A stretch of 64,000 nucleotides of DNA from a virus (lineage: Duplodnaviria > Caudoviricetes), in the IMG/VR virus record IMGVR_UViG_3300031998_000052, positions 1 to 64,000 of that record. One strand, written 5' to 3'. Below, one piece after another: positions 21,977 to 32,770 of the stretch; within the stretch, counting starts at the first letter, position 1, and the number at the start of each line of letters is the position of its first letter. The position numbers and the translations under genes are program-made. The notes beneath the pieces were generated by a model, which saw nothing but the letters and a program-made list of their open reading frames with translations, searched no databases and had not been told where the DNA came from.

Positions 21977-22663
21977 ATGTTCACAGTCACAGTAATAATT
22001 CCCTGCTATAACATGGAGCGCACCGTGGGCGATGCCATCCGAAGCGTCCAGGCCCAGACGTTCAAGAACTGGAACCTGGTGGTCGTTGACGATGGCTCCA
22101 CGGACGGCTCGTGGGAGCAGATCCTGCTGGCCATAGGAGAAGACCAGAGGTGCACGGCGATACATAAGGAGAACGGAGGCGTAGCAGCGGCCAGAAACGC
22201 CGCTATTGAGCGTTCGTGCTCCGAGTGGATACTTCCCCTGGATGCGGATGACAAACTCGCTCCACGGGCTTTATACGAGTATGCCCTGGCCGTGCAACAG
22301 AATCCGGATGCAGACCTCATCGTCCCGTGGGTCCACCACATCAGTCCGGAGAAGGACTGGCTCGTCCGGCGCCAGTGGAAGGGTTATGACTCTCTGCTGC
22401 AAAACAACTGCCTTCCGAACTCCTGCATGTTCAGACGGGCCGGTTGGCAGTATGCCGGAGGATACCGGGACGGGACTATGTACGAGGACTGGGAGTTCTG
22501 GATCAGATATCTCTTCCCGGAGGCGAAGGTGGTGGTTGTCCAGAAGCCGCTCATCGAGTATGCGGTGCGCCCGGGAAGCCGGGTGAGGGAGGCCGTCAAG
22601 AGACACCGCGAGGAGGTGGAGATTATCAAGAAACTAAACCCGGAAATCTATGGCAACGCTTGA
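21977..22663 (+). CDS. glycosyltransferase family 2
   Basis: VIIPCYN, VVDDGSTD, NGGVAAARN, LPLDADD. Confidence 0.92.
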   Translation: MFTVTVIIPCYNMERTVGDAIRSVQAQTFKNWNLVVVDDGSTDGSWEQILLAIGEDQRCTAIHKENGGVAAARNAAIERSCSEWILPLDADDKLAPRALYEYALAVQQNPDADLIVPWVHHISPEKDWLVRRQWKGYDSLLQNNCLPNSCMFRRAGWQYAGGYRDGTMYEDWEFWIRYLFPEAKVVVVQKPLIEYAVRPGSRVREAVKRHREEVEIIKKLNPEIYGNA

Positions 22664-23024
22664 CTACATCAAGGCGCTCTTTACGCCTGATAAGTTGAAG
22701 AAATTCGTTGACGAGAACGTGGCCTGGATGTACGAAGAGACCGAACCTGCGGACGTAATCTCAGAGTCCTTTCAGAACATGTTCGAGAAGGAGATGAAAT
22801 GGCTCGCTTCCTGCATTGACGAGACGTCCAGAAGGGCCATTGAGATGTACCAGAGGTCCGCCCGTCCGATTTTATTTCTCAATGGAGCAGAAAAAGCGCC
22901 AAAGATTCCAGCCGACCCGAACGTATTGCTTCCACTTAACCCTGGAGTAGAAGCAAAGTTCTCGGAAGACATAGCACGCCTTACAGAAGAAATTTTCAAA
23001 CAAACCCAAATACCAAAGTTATGA
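22650..23024 (+). CDS. hypothetical protein
   Basis: Overlaps both neighbours in the operon. Confidence 0.6.
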   Translation: MATLDYIKALFTPDKLKKFVDENVAWMYEETEPADVISESFQNMFEKEMKWLASCIDETSRRAIEMYQRSARPILFLNGAEKAPKIPADPNVLLPLNPGVEAKFSEDIARLTEEIFKQTQIPKL

Positions 23025-23671
23025 GCAAAGAAAGACACAATTTCTTGAAGGAGTACAAACTGTTCAAGGCTTGCGAGAAGGAAGACGCTCTGCGGCAGAA
23101 CATGGAACGTGTGTACTTCCAGGGCGGAAACGCCTACGCTACGGACGCGCACATCATGGTGAAGGTGCCGCTCGCCTACTGCACCACGTTCGAGGACGAA
23201 GAGATCCAGGCCCTCAACGGCTTCTGCATCCACCACAAACTGCTCAAGATGCTGTACGATTTCGATGTCGTCACCATCAAGCGCACGATGGCCGCCGAAG
23301 ATGCCTACGGCAACCTTCTGGAGCAGGCAGAAGAGGTCGTGTACATCAAGGTTGTCTGGCAGGGCCAGCAGATCCGCTTCCGCCTGGAGCGTTCCGACAA
23401 GGAGTTCGTTCAGAACTTCGAGACCATCCTGGCCACCGAGACCGGACACACTCCTATCAAGCAGATCGGTATCAGCCCGTCCAGGTTGAAGCAGATAGCC
23501 GAGGCTATCAATATGGACCACATCAACATGGCCTTCACTACGGCCAAGGATAAGATTTTTATCCGCTCCACCAACGAGGAAGACCAGAAGGCCGGCCCGA
23601 TGGCTATCATCATGCCCATCGTTACGGATGCCACCCTGCCCGGCATGGAGGAGGAACCCGAGGAGGAATAG
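23021..23671 (+). CDS. second beta-clamp-like protein (domains II-III only)
   Basis: LRQNMERVYF..AYATDAHIM, IGISPSRLKQIAEAI and the terminal AIIMPI, followed by an acidic tail. Confidence 0.55.
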   Translation: MSKERHNFLKEYKLFKACEKEDALRQNMERVYFQGGNAYATDAHIMVKVPLAYCTTFEDEEIQALNGFCIHHKLLKMLYDFDVVTIKRTMAAEDAYGNLLEQAEEVVYIKVVWQGQQIRFRLERSDKEFVQNFETILATETGHTPIKQIGISPSRLKQIAEAINMDHINMAFTTAKDKIFIRSTNEEDQKAGPMAIIMPIVTDATLPGMEEEPEEE

Positions 23672-24828
23672 TTTAACCTGGGGCGGAAAAGCCTGGCGTG
23701 AGTCAGGCAGGTGCGTTACTTTACGCTAAAATACAATCCGTGAAATCAGACCATTATGACACGCGCCGCCGCCCCAATTTCTTTCAGTTATGGAGTTCAA
23801 TATTAAGACCAAATACGAAGTCGGAGACAAGGTATGGATTATGGTTGAGAATTTTCCTCAGCGCGTAGCCATCCGAAAGATAACCATCCAGGGTGCAGAG
23901 ATTGACGCCAATGGCGGATCGGAGAATTTCGGAAGGGTAACATACTACCTTGAAGGCATTGACCGGTATCAGGGCTTCTGCGAGGAGCAACTGTACGACA
24001 CCTTCGACCAACTTCGCGACTGGGTTTTCCAAGAAGAATTGAGAGACCAATGAGTTACAAGGAATTTGTTGACCTGGTGGAGAAAATGCGCGAACACCAG
24101 CGCAATTTCTTCACGTTCCGGAAGCAGTACGACCTGGACGAATCGAAGCGACTGGAGAAGATCGTGGACGCCGAGATAAAGAGCCAGAAGGAAGGAGGAG
24201 GGCTGTTCGATGGGGTGTGATTGCTGTCCGAAAAGCAACTACGGGGCCGAGAAGTGTTCGGCCTCTCTCAAGTACCGGATGAACTTCTGCGAGGTTACAT
24301 TTCCGGGTGAAATCAAGGAAGGGCGCGGGTCCAACTACACTGCGCCAAAGAAGAAACGCAAAAAGCACAAGCGATGACAATAATTCGCACTGACCACCCG
24401 GTAGCCAGGAAGACGCACGTCTGCGAAATTTGCGGATGCGCCATCGAGCCGGGCACCAGGTATTTCCATCAGGTCAACGACTATGATGGATTCTGTGACT
24501 TCAAGGCCCATGAGGAGTGTACGGATTATGAGATGTCGAACCGCGAGCCATACGATGACGAGGGATGCGGACCTGACCAGACGGCGTGCTATTTGCTGGA
24601 CGATCTGGAAGATATTCTCGGGAGCCGGGAAGCGGCCAGCAACTTCTATCATGAGCATAGTATGTATGAGTGTGTAAAATTTGTTCAGGAGCATGGAAAC
24701 AGTTAAGTATCTCTGCGAGTTCTTTTTCACGAACTTCTGGCATTGGCTTGGCCTGGTGATCCTCATCGGGTTCGTACCGGCGATTCGGTTTATCAAGGTA
24801 ATTGACAACAGTAAAAACGAAAAGAGTC

Positions 24829-25470
24829 ATGCAGAAGATAATGTTCAATGACCAGTACGGTCTGACACAGGCCGTCCTTGATGGCCGCAAGACTATGACG
24901 AGGAGAGCGGTATCGGCGTGTATCAACAAAAAGGCGTGCTTGTATCGTCAAGAATACTTTGATAATACGCTCGATGCTCTTTCGGTGGAAGATTCATTGT
25001 TGGAGTTTTCCTCTTTCAAGCCCGGCGAGGTCGTTGCCGTGGCGCAGAGTTATATGGATGCGGGAAATGACCCGCACATGTTACAGTTTATTTACATCAA
25101 GGAACCTACTATCCTTCCTTTTTCTGATGGCCTTCCGGTTCTCGGATATGTTGAAGCCCCAATAATGTACCACGCAGGATGGAAGAACAAAATGTTTGTT
25201 CACCCGACAATGATGCCTCACCAAATCCGAATTACGAACATCAAGGTGGAAAGGCTCAAGGACATCAGCGATGAGGACTGCATGAAGGAAGGGATTGTAA
25301 AGGTGCCGCAAGGTTTCTATTCCTTTGAAGGATGGGGAGGAAAAACGACACAATGGTACGCAATGACTCCACGCGATGCCTTCGCAGTCCTCATCAACAA
25401 GGTGTCCGGAAATGGAACATGGGGGTCCAATCCCTATGTGTATGCGTATGAATTTGAACTCGTAAAATGA
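24829..25470 (+). CDS. ASCH/PUA-like phage protein
   Basis: MQKIMFNDQYGLTQAVLDGRKTMTRR...IRITNIKVERLKDIS.EDC..EG...W..NPYV..YEF. Confidence 0.6.
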   Translation: MQKIMFNDQYGLTQAVLDGRKTMTRRAVSACINKKACLYRQEYFDNTLDALSVEDSLLEFSSFKPGEVVAVAQSYMDAGNDPHMLQFIYIKEPTILPFSDGLPVLGYVEAPIMYHAGWKNKMFVHPTMMPHQIRITNIKVERLKDISDEDCMKEGIVKVPQGFYSFEGWGGKTTQWYAMTPRDAFAVLINKVSGNGTWGSNPYVYAYEFELVK

Positions 25471-26178
25471 TTATATCAAAGACGGAAGGACACATTACGG
25501 GCTTTCAGTGGATGGATCCTCAGATAGGCCCGGAGGTTCACGTTCGTTCAGGTCGTGACATTTTGTTTCCGTTCAATCAGGTTCCTCTACCCGCAGATGG
25601 AACGAGGCTTGATAAGTATCGGATGAAAAAAGTAAGAATAACCGTAGAACTGATTGACAATGATTAAGTTTTTTAAGAATCTCTTCCACAAAAAACAGAA
25701 GGTGGAATACGTAGAGGTTTCCATCCATGGCTACCTGGCCAAGGACAGAAACAAGAAGGAAAATTTTTTCAGGGAGGAACCGGAACGAAACCGGGACGTC
25801 TGGTGGTCCAGGGAAAATCCATGGCCGCATGGCCGGTGTTTCAACCCGTACAATAAACTGGAACTACCGCACCGCGACATGTTCGGGGACGCGGTGAAGT
25901 GGACGAATGATCCGGTGGAGTGCGATATCATCTTTAGAATCAAGAAGCCATGAGAAAACTGCTGAATTTCCTGCTCGGCCCGAAGAAGATGAAGGCCCAG
26001 GACGAAGACATCATCTTCGAGGCTCTTGGCATGGTCTATGACGTATGCCATGATGACATCGTTGAACTATCCTTCCGGTATCCGGAGGGTCACGAGGTAA
26101 TTCACGCGCTCAAACTTCCAGGCCACGACCTTCGCATCGGCCAGTTCGTTACGGTGACGTACAGGAAGGGGCGCAAGT

Positions 26179-26193
26179 TGGCACGATAGTTGC
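26179..26193 (+). promoter_or_regulatory. sigma54-type -24/-12 motif
   Basis: TGGCACG-ATAG-TTGCA; nearly identical context to 12404 (AAGTTGGCACGATnnTTGCA). Confidence 0.55.
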
Positions 26194-26494
26194 ATTATGA
26201 AAGCGAGCGAGACACAGATTCTTGGCCCGGGAGATTACCGGATGGCGCCAGGTTATAGGGGCTATGTCCTTCATGGCGTACTCCACGTCGTTCCGTACAT
26301 ACCGAGAGGGATAGCGCCGGATGACAAGCGCTGCCGGGACTGCAAGAACCGCATCGAGGGCCGGAATAAGAGGGGTGCATACTATGACGCCTGGGTATGT
26401 AAGATGCGCCCGAAGGAGGTTTATCATGGCATCCAGTTGTACTACCGGTGCGGAGAACTGGACCATATTTGTCAACACTTTAAGGATAAGAATA

Positions 26495-27379
26495 ATGGCA
26501 CAAAGGACTAAAGACATTTTTACGAGAGACTGGATCATCGAGAACTCAGTTGACATTCTGAGCAACTATGAGCCAGGTGTTTTGACCATCCGTGGACTTC
26601 ACTACCAGTTAGTGAGCCGTGGGATGACGAATGACATTCAGCATTACAAGAGGGTCGTGGCTGCTACCGGCCAGGCAAGATGGGACGGCATCATCCGGTT
26701 CGACGCTTTCAGTGACCGCGACCGTGCGCTGGCCTGCAACACCATCGCCGATCCGGTTGACCTGGAGGAGGAAGAGTCCACGGCGAAGCGCCAGATCAAA
26801 CTCTGGATGGAACACTACTACCGCAACAAGTGGGAGAATCAGCCGTACTACCCGGAGGTATTCATCGAGAAGAAGGCCCTGGAGGGCGTCTTCTACAAGC
26901 CGTGCCTCGCTCATGGAATTGCGCTTGGCGCCTGCAAGGGCTACCCATCCCTCACCTTCCTGCACGACGCTGCTATCCGCTTCCAGGAGGCTGTTGACCA
27001 CGGCAAGATGCCCATCATCCTCTATTTCGGTGACTACGATCCGTCCGGAGAGGACATCCCGAGAGCGCTCAAGGAGAACATCATGAAACTCGGGTGCGAG
27101 GAGATCGAGGTTCGCCGCATCAGCCTCGTCGAGGACCAGGTGATTGCCTGGCACCTGCCGCCCGCTCCCACGAAGGTTACGGACTCCCGCTCTGCCAACT
27201 GGGACGGCCTGGGCCAGGTTGAGTTGGATGCCGTGAAGCCGGAGAAACTTATAGAACTTCTGGACGATGCCGTCGCGGACATCTTCGATGAGGAGTTGTA
27301 CGATGAACTGAAAGACATCGAGAAAGAGGAGCGAGAGACCTACGTAGCAGACATGAAGGAATACGTTCAGAGTTTGTAG
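26495..27379 (+). CDS. Toprim-domain protein, topoisomerase VI A / Spo11-like
   Basis: N-terminal LTIRGLHYQL helix-turn-helix-like segment, EVFIEKKAL (Toprim Glu) and ILYFGDYDPSG (DxD). Start moved to 26495. Confidence 0.7.
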   Translation: MAQRTKDIFTRDWIIENSVDILSNYEPGVLTIRGLHYQLVSRGMTNDIQHYKRVVAATGQARWDGIIRFDAFSDRDRALACNTIADPVDLEEEESTAKRQIKLWMEHYYRNKWENQPYYPEVFIEKKALEGVFYKPCLAHGIALGACKGYPSLTFLHDAAIRFQEAVDHGKMPIILYFGDYDPSGEDIPRALKENIMKLGCEEIEVRRISLVEDQVIAWHLPPAPTKVTDSRSANWDGLGQVELDAVKPEKLIELLDDAVADIFDEELYDELKDIEKEERETYVADMKEYVQSL

Positions 27380-27380
27380 T

Positions 27381-28888
27381 ATGGCATACGTACCTATTCC
27401 CGCAACCGCAGAAGGCTGGCGTAATACCAGCCTTTCTCCTGCTGATATGGAGGCCGTAGCGCTTGGAATCGTGGCCGACGTTGAGCAGAACAACCCGTGT
27501 CTGAGCGCGAAGGATAAGATGCTCCGTTGCGCCCGCCTCGGAATGATTTACAGAGACTATAAAGAACTGAAACATGAATAACCCTTGGCACAATTTTGAG
27601 GAATACGCGCCTCCGAAACCTGACGATAGTACCAGAAATTTTTACTACCTTTGTGAGGTTTCCGGCCTTGAATTTTGCCGCTACGTTGTGCTGATGTACG
27701 ACTGCGACGAACGCTGGTGGATCTACGTTCCGAAGATAGCGGGAATATGGGAAGGTGGCTGGCTTGGCATACCAGATGACATGAAGATACTTCGCTGGAA
27801 ATTCATAGAGCATGAATGAGACTGATACCATTGGGCTGATGACCAACAGCCTTTATTTAATGTCTCAGGCGATGGACCTCATCATGAGGGACTGCGAGCG
27901 CCGGATGGCAAAGAACAAGGAGTGCTTCAAGCAGCAGAAGAAGCAGACCTTCAACCGCTACATGCAGGCCGTGAAGACCGCCTGCATCCTGAATGAAGAC
28001 CTCTGCCAGGACATATACGAGCACGAGTCGAAACGTAACTACAAGGACGTCCAGATCTGGCAGGAGCAGGCCAATGAACTGGCTCGGTTCGTGCTCCTCC
28101 TGGCCGACATTTCGCCCTACATGGACTACGTGAATGAGGTGTTCAAGCACCTGCGGTCCTTCAAGGGCGAGGGTATTATAACCGAGGAAGTTTTGAAAAA
28201 TTTTTATCTTAAGAAGTTATGAAACAAGAAGAAGCACCCAAAGTGAAGAAGCCCGCGAAGATTTTCGTGAGACTGCAAGGAGCCTATGACAACGGCTTTG
28301 TCGGTTCTGCATACGACAGGAAGCAGGACGATATGACCAAGGAGAACACCGTGGAGTACCTGTCCAAGGCCGCTATCATCCAGGGCCTCCTGAACCTCAT
28401 CCCTCAGTTCGAGATGCAGGCGCACCGGGCCGATGCCAACGGCCTTCTCAAGAAGAAGGTACGCGACCAGAAAGCGGCCATCGAAGGCGTCATTAACCAG
28501 ATAGCAAACATGTAGGATGAAACCTACCGAACTGCAAATCAACGACCTGGTTCTGGCCCCCTTCTACGGCCAGATGGTTCCGTCCAGAATCGTCAGCCTC
28601 ACCGAGGACCGGATCATGTATTCTCCGGTGAATCCCGGGCCGCACAAGCCTGGTCCATACGTGAGCAACGGAAGCAACATTGAACCGCTCCCTCTGTCCG
28701 AGGAAGCGCTGGCCATAGAGTTTCCGACGCCGGACACAATCGCCTGGTCCCCGTGCAACTATCCGTCGAGGATTCCTTACTTCCACATCTCGTTCGACCG
28801 GGACGGGACGAAGGTGGAGACAGACATCAACTACGTACACGAGTTGCAGCGGATCCTGCACGTGTGCGGCATCCAGCAGACACTATGA
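27381..28888 (+). other. five hypothetical CDS
   Basis: 27381, 27574, 27812, 28219 and 28517, with overlapping stops and starts. Confidence 0.65.
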
Positions 28889-29106
28889 ACATAGGAAAGG
28901 TATTCAAGAAATTCAGGGAGGAGAAGGGCATCACGCAGCGCTCCCTGGCCCAAGCCCTCAACATCACGCCTACGGCCCTCTACAAGATTGAAATCGGCAA
29001 GAACTGGCCGAAGCAGAAGACCATCGAGGCTTTCCAGATGGTCTCCGGCTACAAGACCGCCCGCCTGTATGTCGAATCGTTTGAACCGCAGGACTATGGC
29101 GCTTGA
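28885..29106 (+). CDS. XRE-family helix-turn-helix regulator
   Basis: FKKFREEKGITQRSLAQALNITPTALYKIEIG. Confidence 0.85.
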   Translation: MNIGKVFKKFREEKGITQRSLAQALNITPTALYKIEIGKNWPKQKTIEAFQMVSGYKTARLYVESFEPQDYGA

Positions 29107-29662
29107 AGTAGAAGTAACACAGGAGACCTCCTGGAAGAGGGCGCTCAATGCGGCCCGTCGCACCGTTGGCAAGGAACCGCTCGACAAGGAACCGAGCCGC
29201 GAGTTCAAACTGAAAAGCCTGTTCGCAGAGCACAGTCAGATCAAACTTGTGGAATACCGAATCGCCTTCAAGGACTTGAAGCAGTGGATCGGCGTTCATC
29301 TGCTCAGGCACCCATTCATCCTTCCGTTTATCCACTCCCAGCGCGATGACCGGCGCAAGAATCCGGTTCCAAGGGACGAGATGCCGCAAGGGTCTCCTAA
29401 CGACCAGGACTTTTACGTCAACGCCCAGGCCGTCATCAACATCTCACGAAAGCGCCTCTGCAACAAGGCGTCGAAAGAAACGAGAGAGGCGTGGCAGATG
29501 GTCAAGGACAAGATGAAGGAAGTTGACCCAGAGTTGGCCACCGTCATGGTCCGACAGTGCGTCTATCGAGGGTTCTGCCCCGAGATGGGATGCTGCGGAT
29601 TCTGCAACACGCCTGAGTATCAGAAGGAGGTTGAAGCCTACCGCTCCGCCAAGCCTGAATAA
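29096..29662 (+). CDS. thyX: FAD-dependent thymidylate synthase-like protein
   Basis: AEHSQI, VHLLRH...SQR, RKRLCNKA..ETR.....M, MV..CVYRGFCPE..CCG are typical of phage ThyX-like proteins. Confidence 0.7.
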   Translation: MALEVEVTQETSWKRALNAARRTVGKEPLDKEPSREFKLKSLFAEHSQIKLVEYRIAFKDLKQWIGVHLLRHPFILPFIHSQRDDRRKNPVPRDEMPQGSPNDQDFYVNAQAVINISRKRLCNKASKETREAWQMVKDKMKEVDPELATVMVRQCVYRGFCPEMGCCGFCNTPEYQKEVEAYRSAKPE

Positions 29663-29666
29663 AGAG

Positions 29667-29700
29667 AAGCCCCGCCAGACCGCAAAAACTGGTGGGGCTT
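29667..29700. terminator. hairpin at the convergence of the two arms
   Basis: AAGCCCCGCCAG-N10-CTGGTGGGGCTT between convergent genes. Confidence 0.75.
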
Positions 29701-29713
29701 CTTCCCGGAGATA

Positions 29714-30124
29714 TCACATCTGCGGGTCGTGACAATGCGGGCACGAGAGTTGACACACAATGTCTGATATTTCCCTTGATATATTGCCGCCAAGATAGGC
29801 AACCTCCTCGCCATACGGGTCCATCCCATCCTCCTGCCCAACGTGCTGTATGATATGGATTATCTCATGCACGATGGAGTCAAGTACCTGCGGACCGGAG
29901 CTTGCCATCCCGACGCCATAAACCGTCCTCCTTATGGGAGGATTGCTGTAAGTGAATCCCTCGTTCAAATATCCGGCCCGGACGTTTTCTGACACCTGAT
30001 GGATGATAGAATCTGGCGCGTCTGCCCAGAGCAGGGCCGACTGGATGCGTTCCAGGTCCCTTGTGTCAAAACAGAAGAGGAACAATACATCCCAGCGCCG
30101 GATATGGACGAGCCTTTCAATCAT
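29714..30124 (-). CDS. hypothetical protein with an HExxH-like motif
   Basis: IVHEIIHII; last gene of the leftward arm. Confidence 0.55.
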   Translation of the reverse strand: MIERLVHIRRWDVLFLFCFDTRDLERIQSALLWADAPDSIIHQVSENVRAGYLNEGFTYSNPPIRRTVYGVGMASSGPQVLDSIVHEIIHIIQHVGQEDGMDPYGEEVAYLGGNISREISDIVCQLSCPHCHDPQM

Positions 30125-30525
30125 TACAGCAGGTCCTCCCAGGGAACGGAAACGCCCTTCGCGTTCAGTTTTGCCAGGAACTCGTCGAAAGCCCGCGTCT
30201 CATAGCCGTCGGGATCGTCGATGTAGTCCTTGACGAATTTCGCCAGGTGGGCCTCGTCGGTGATCGAGGAGCCGAAGTAGTCCGAGCGGGCCATGGCATA
30301 AACATACGGGATGTCATACCCCATATCTTTCTCGACAGTGACGGAGATCCGTTTCAGGACGTCCATCACCTGCTCCTTTTCCATGAATTCGGCCTTCTTC
30401 CCGTTCTGGTCCGTCATCATGGAAACAGCCCAGCGATACATGGGCTTTGAGAAGTGAAAGTCATTAAACGACAGGTATTCACGCATACCCTGAGGCAGTA
30501 TGTCGTAAGAGTCTAACCTTGACAT
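30124..30525 (-). CDS. conserved hypothetical phage protein
   Basis: MSRLDSYD.LP.GMREYLS...HFSK.M..WAVSMM; recalled from Bacteroidales prophages. Confidence 0.65.
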   Translation of the reverse strand: MSRLDSYDILPQGMREYLSFNDFHFSKPMYRWAVSMMTDQNGKKAEFMEKEQVMDVLKRISVTVEKDMGYDIPYVYAMARSDYFGSSITDEAHLAKFVKDYIDDPDGYETRAFDEFLAKLNAKGVSVPWEDLL

Positions 30526-30569
30526 AGTTGTTTCTTTTTAAGGGGCGAGTTTCCCCGCCCCGGTTGTTT

Positions 30570-31708
30570 CTACATGAACCGACCGCGAGAGTCGCGCATC
30601 CGGCGCTCTCCCCACATTCCGCGTTCGCCGTAGCCATCGTGCATAGGGTAGTTCTCCCTCATGCCGTATCCGTCGTTACGCATCCCGTAGAAGCGCTCGC
30701 CGTAGCGGTCTTCCATTTCGCAGGCCAGGTCGTGCATTTCCTCGACGGCTGCACGGGCCTTTTCTGCCGCACGGAAGAAAGCCTCGGCCTCGGAGCCGCT
30801 GTGCTCCCTGCGGCCAAAATCGTAAACTCGGTATCCCATTTTTATTCCTCCTTGGTTTTCTTGCCCAGGGTCTTCGAGATCATCCCGGTCAAGGCCGCAA
30901 TCTGGTCGCTCATTCCGGCAATCTGCTCCTCCAGCTTGTTGATCTTTGCAGACTGCTCGCGCTCCCTTTTCATTTCCGGGTGGAATTCAAGGAGAATCGC
31001 ATCGCAGTTGCTCACGGTCTTCTCGTAGAAGCCCCTCTTTTCCAGTTCGGAAGCGGCCTGGCTCCGCATAGCCCCTATCTCATTCAGGACACCATCTCTG
31101 GTCTCGCTGAGGATAATGCCCCTGTCGGGGAATTCGGCTATGGAAACGTTGGTCGGAATCCTCTGGAACAGTTCGGTCTTCCCGTTCATTTCGAGCGTGA
31201 GATCAAACATCGGGGACATACTATTGATACCGCCTTGCGGCATCTGGAAATTGAACTGCGGAGGGTACTGACTGCTTAGCTGTGCGACCTTCGCGGTTGC
31301 GACGCTCGGGCCATTCTTGAAAATGACGAACACCGGCGTCCCAGGACGTAAATTACTGAGCATGGTTGTTTGTTGTTAAATGATTGGTGAAGTTGTTTGA
31401 AGGACACCGTTATACCAGTCGTAGAAGACTGTGATAATGCCGGTTCCTGTCAGGTCGGCGGCTGTGACTGCCACCCCGCCGAAAGACGTCAGCGCACGGG
31501 TCTGCCCGTTGAGCGTCAGGCGTACCGGAAGTGTTCCGGTCGTACCCTCTGGAATCGCGTCTGCTATGTTGATGGTCAGGTATCCGACCGGTGGAATCCT
31601 CCGGAAACCCAGAGTGAAATCCACCGCGTCGGAACCGACCGTCACACCAGTAGTGCGAAGATACGGGATGCCATTCGCGTTCGTCGTTACATTAACGCAT
31701 CCGAACAT
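30570..31708 (-). other. three hypothetical CDS (30570-30839, 30842-31363, 31376-31708)
   Basis: A Gly/Arg/Met-rich low-complexity ORF, a coiled-coil ORF and a small beta-rich ORF. Confidence 0.65.
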
Positions 31709-31721
31709 AGCATTGCCCTCC

Positions 31722-32648
31722 TTAGAATACGAAACCGTTTCCTCCGAAACCGCCATAACCGTTCCAGCCTCCGTAGAAGCCACCATTCACGTAGGGAGTG
31801 GTGTTCACAGCGGCCAACTGGGGCCACTGGACGGGAACAGTCTGGGGCATCTTGCACTTGATGTCATCCACCTCGCGGGCAATGGGGCTGAGCATGGCCG
31901 CAATCGCGTTGGTCTGGCGGGCGTTATCGGCTTCGTTGCGAAGCTGGGTGATAATCTCTGCCTGACGGTTGATCTCGGCCTGCATCTCGCGTTCCTTCAC
32001 GGCGCAGAACTCGCGGGTCATGTCGGTGTGGAGACCGTTGATGGCGCCTACGATGGAGGCGGTGTTGCGGTCAGCCTGGGACCCGAGGGTGTTGGTCTGC
32101 TCGATGGTGCGAATCTGATTCTGATAGCCCTGCTCGACGGTAAGCTGGCGCATCTCGCAGCAGCACTGACAAAGCTGGCTGGCGATGGCTGCATTGCCGC
32201 TCTGGATGGCGTTGATTACCTGCTGGCCGGTGAGGCCGAGGTTGGCGCCGACAGTGGCGATTGCGCCCTGCACGGTGTTGATGGCCAGGCGCACGCTGTC
32301 GATGTCGCTGTTCAGCGTGGAAGCCAGCAGGCGGACGTCGGAGTCCGTGCCGTTGATGGCCTGGATGATAAGGTCGGTGTTCGCGTTGGCCGTAGCCTGG
32401 GCGCCGAGCGACGCAGCAGCGTTGCCGTTGCCATTGCCGCCCCAACCGAAGCCGTTGCCACCAAGGAATCCAGGGATCAGTCCACCGAGGACGCCACCCA
32501 GGATGCCGGTCAGGAAACCGCCACCGCCGAAGCCGAAGCCGTTACCCCAACCGAATCCATTGTTGCCATTCAGCGCAAAGGCGAGGGGAATGTTGCCCCA
32601 ACCATTGTTCTGGTTGTCGGGCATGATGATGGTTTTATCTTCTGCCAT
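31722..32648 (-). CDS. Gly/Asn-rich protein with a CQCCC motif and coiled coil
   Basis: GNNGFGWGNGFGFGGGG, then QLCQCCCE and QIRTIEQTNTL. Confidence 0.75.
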   Translation of the reverse strand: MAEDKTIIMPDNQNNGWGNIPLAFALNGNNGFGWGNGFGFGGGGFLTGILGGVLGGLIPGFLGGNGFGWGGNGNGNAAASLGAQATANANTDLIIQAINGTDSDVRLLASTLNSDIDSVRLAINTVQGAIATVGANLGLTGQQVINAIQSGNAAIASQLCQCCCEMRQLTVEQGYQNQIRTIEQTNTLGSQADRNTASIVGAINGLHTDMTREFCAVKEREMQAEINRQAEIITQLRNEADNARQTNAIAAMLSPIAREVDDIKCKMPQTVPVQWPQLAAVNTTPYVNGGFYGGWNGYGGFGGNGFVF

Positions 32649-32770
32649 AGTAAATAGCTTTTTTGTTAAATAATTAGGTCCACGAATAGCGCTATCGTCG
32701 ATACAAAGGTCAGCAAAAAGCCCACCCCTATGAAGGAGTGGGCGAAATAAAGATAAGCCGCTGACAATCA

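Larger units (their letters stand above)
23790..26511 (+). other. cluster of small hypothetical genes
   Basis: Packed ORFs at 23790, 24374, 25467, 25654, 25950 and 26197, some with CxxC pairs. Confidence 0.65.

Noticed and set aside
2610-22663. Glycosyltransferases as a DNA hypermodification pathway
   Set aside because: No dCMP/dUMP hydroxymethylase, TET/JBP dioxygenase or phage DNA polymerase is seen in the window. Not excluded for the rest of the genome, but unsupported here.
23679-23776. Hammerhead or other known ribozyme
   Set aside because: The conserved CUGANGA/GAAA core is absent on both strands; kept only as an unclassified structured element.
2610-30525. YIDD tetrapeptides (in ORFs 2610-3317 and 30124-30525) as a relocated RT active site
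   Set aside because: The surrounding sequences are a glycosyltransferase and a small helical protein with no other RT motifs. No intact RT was found in the window.
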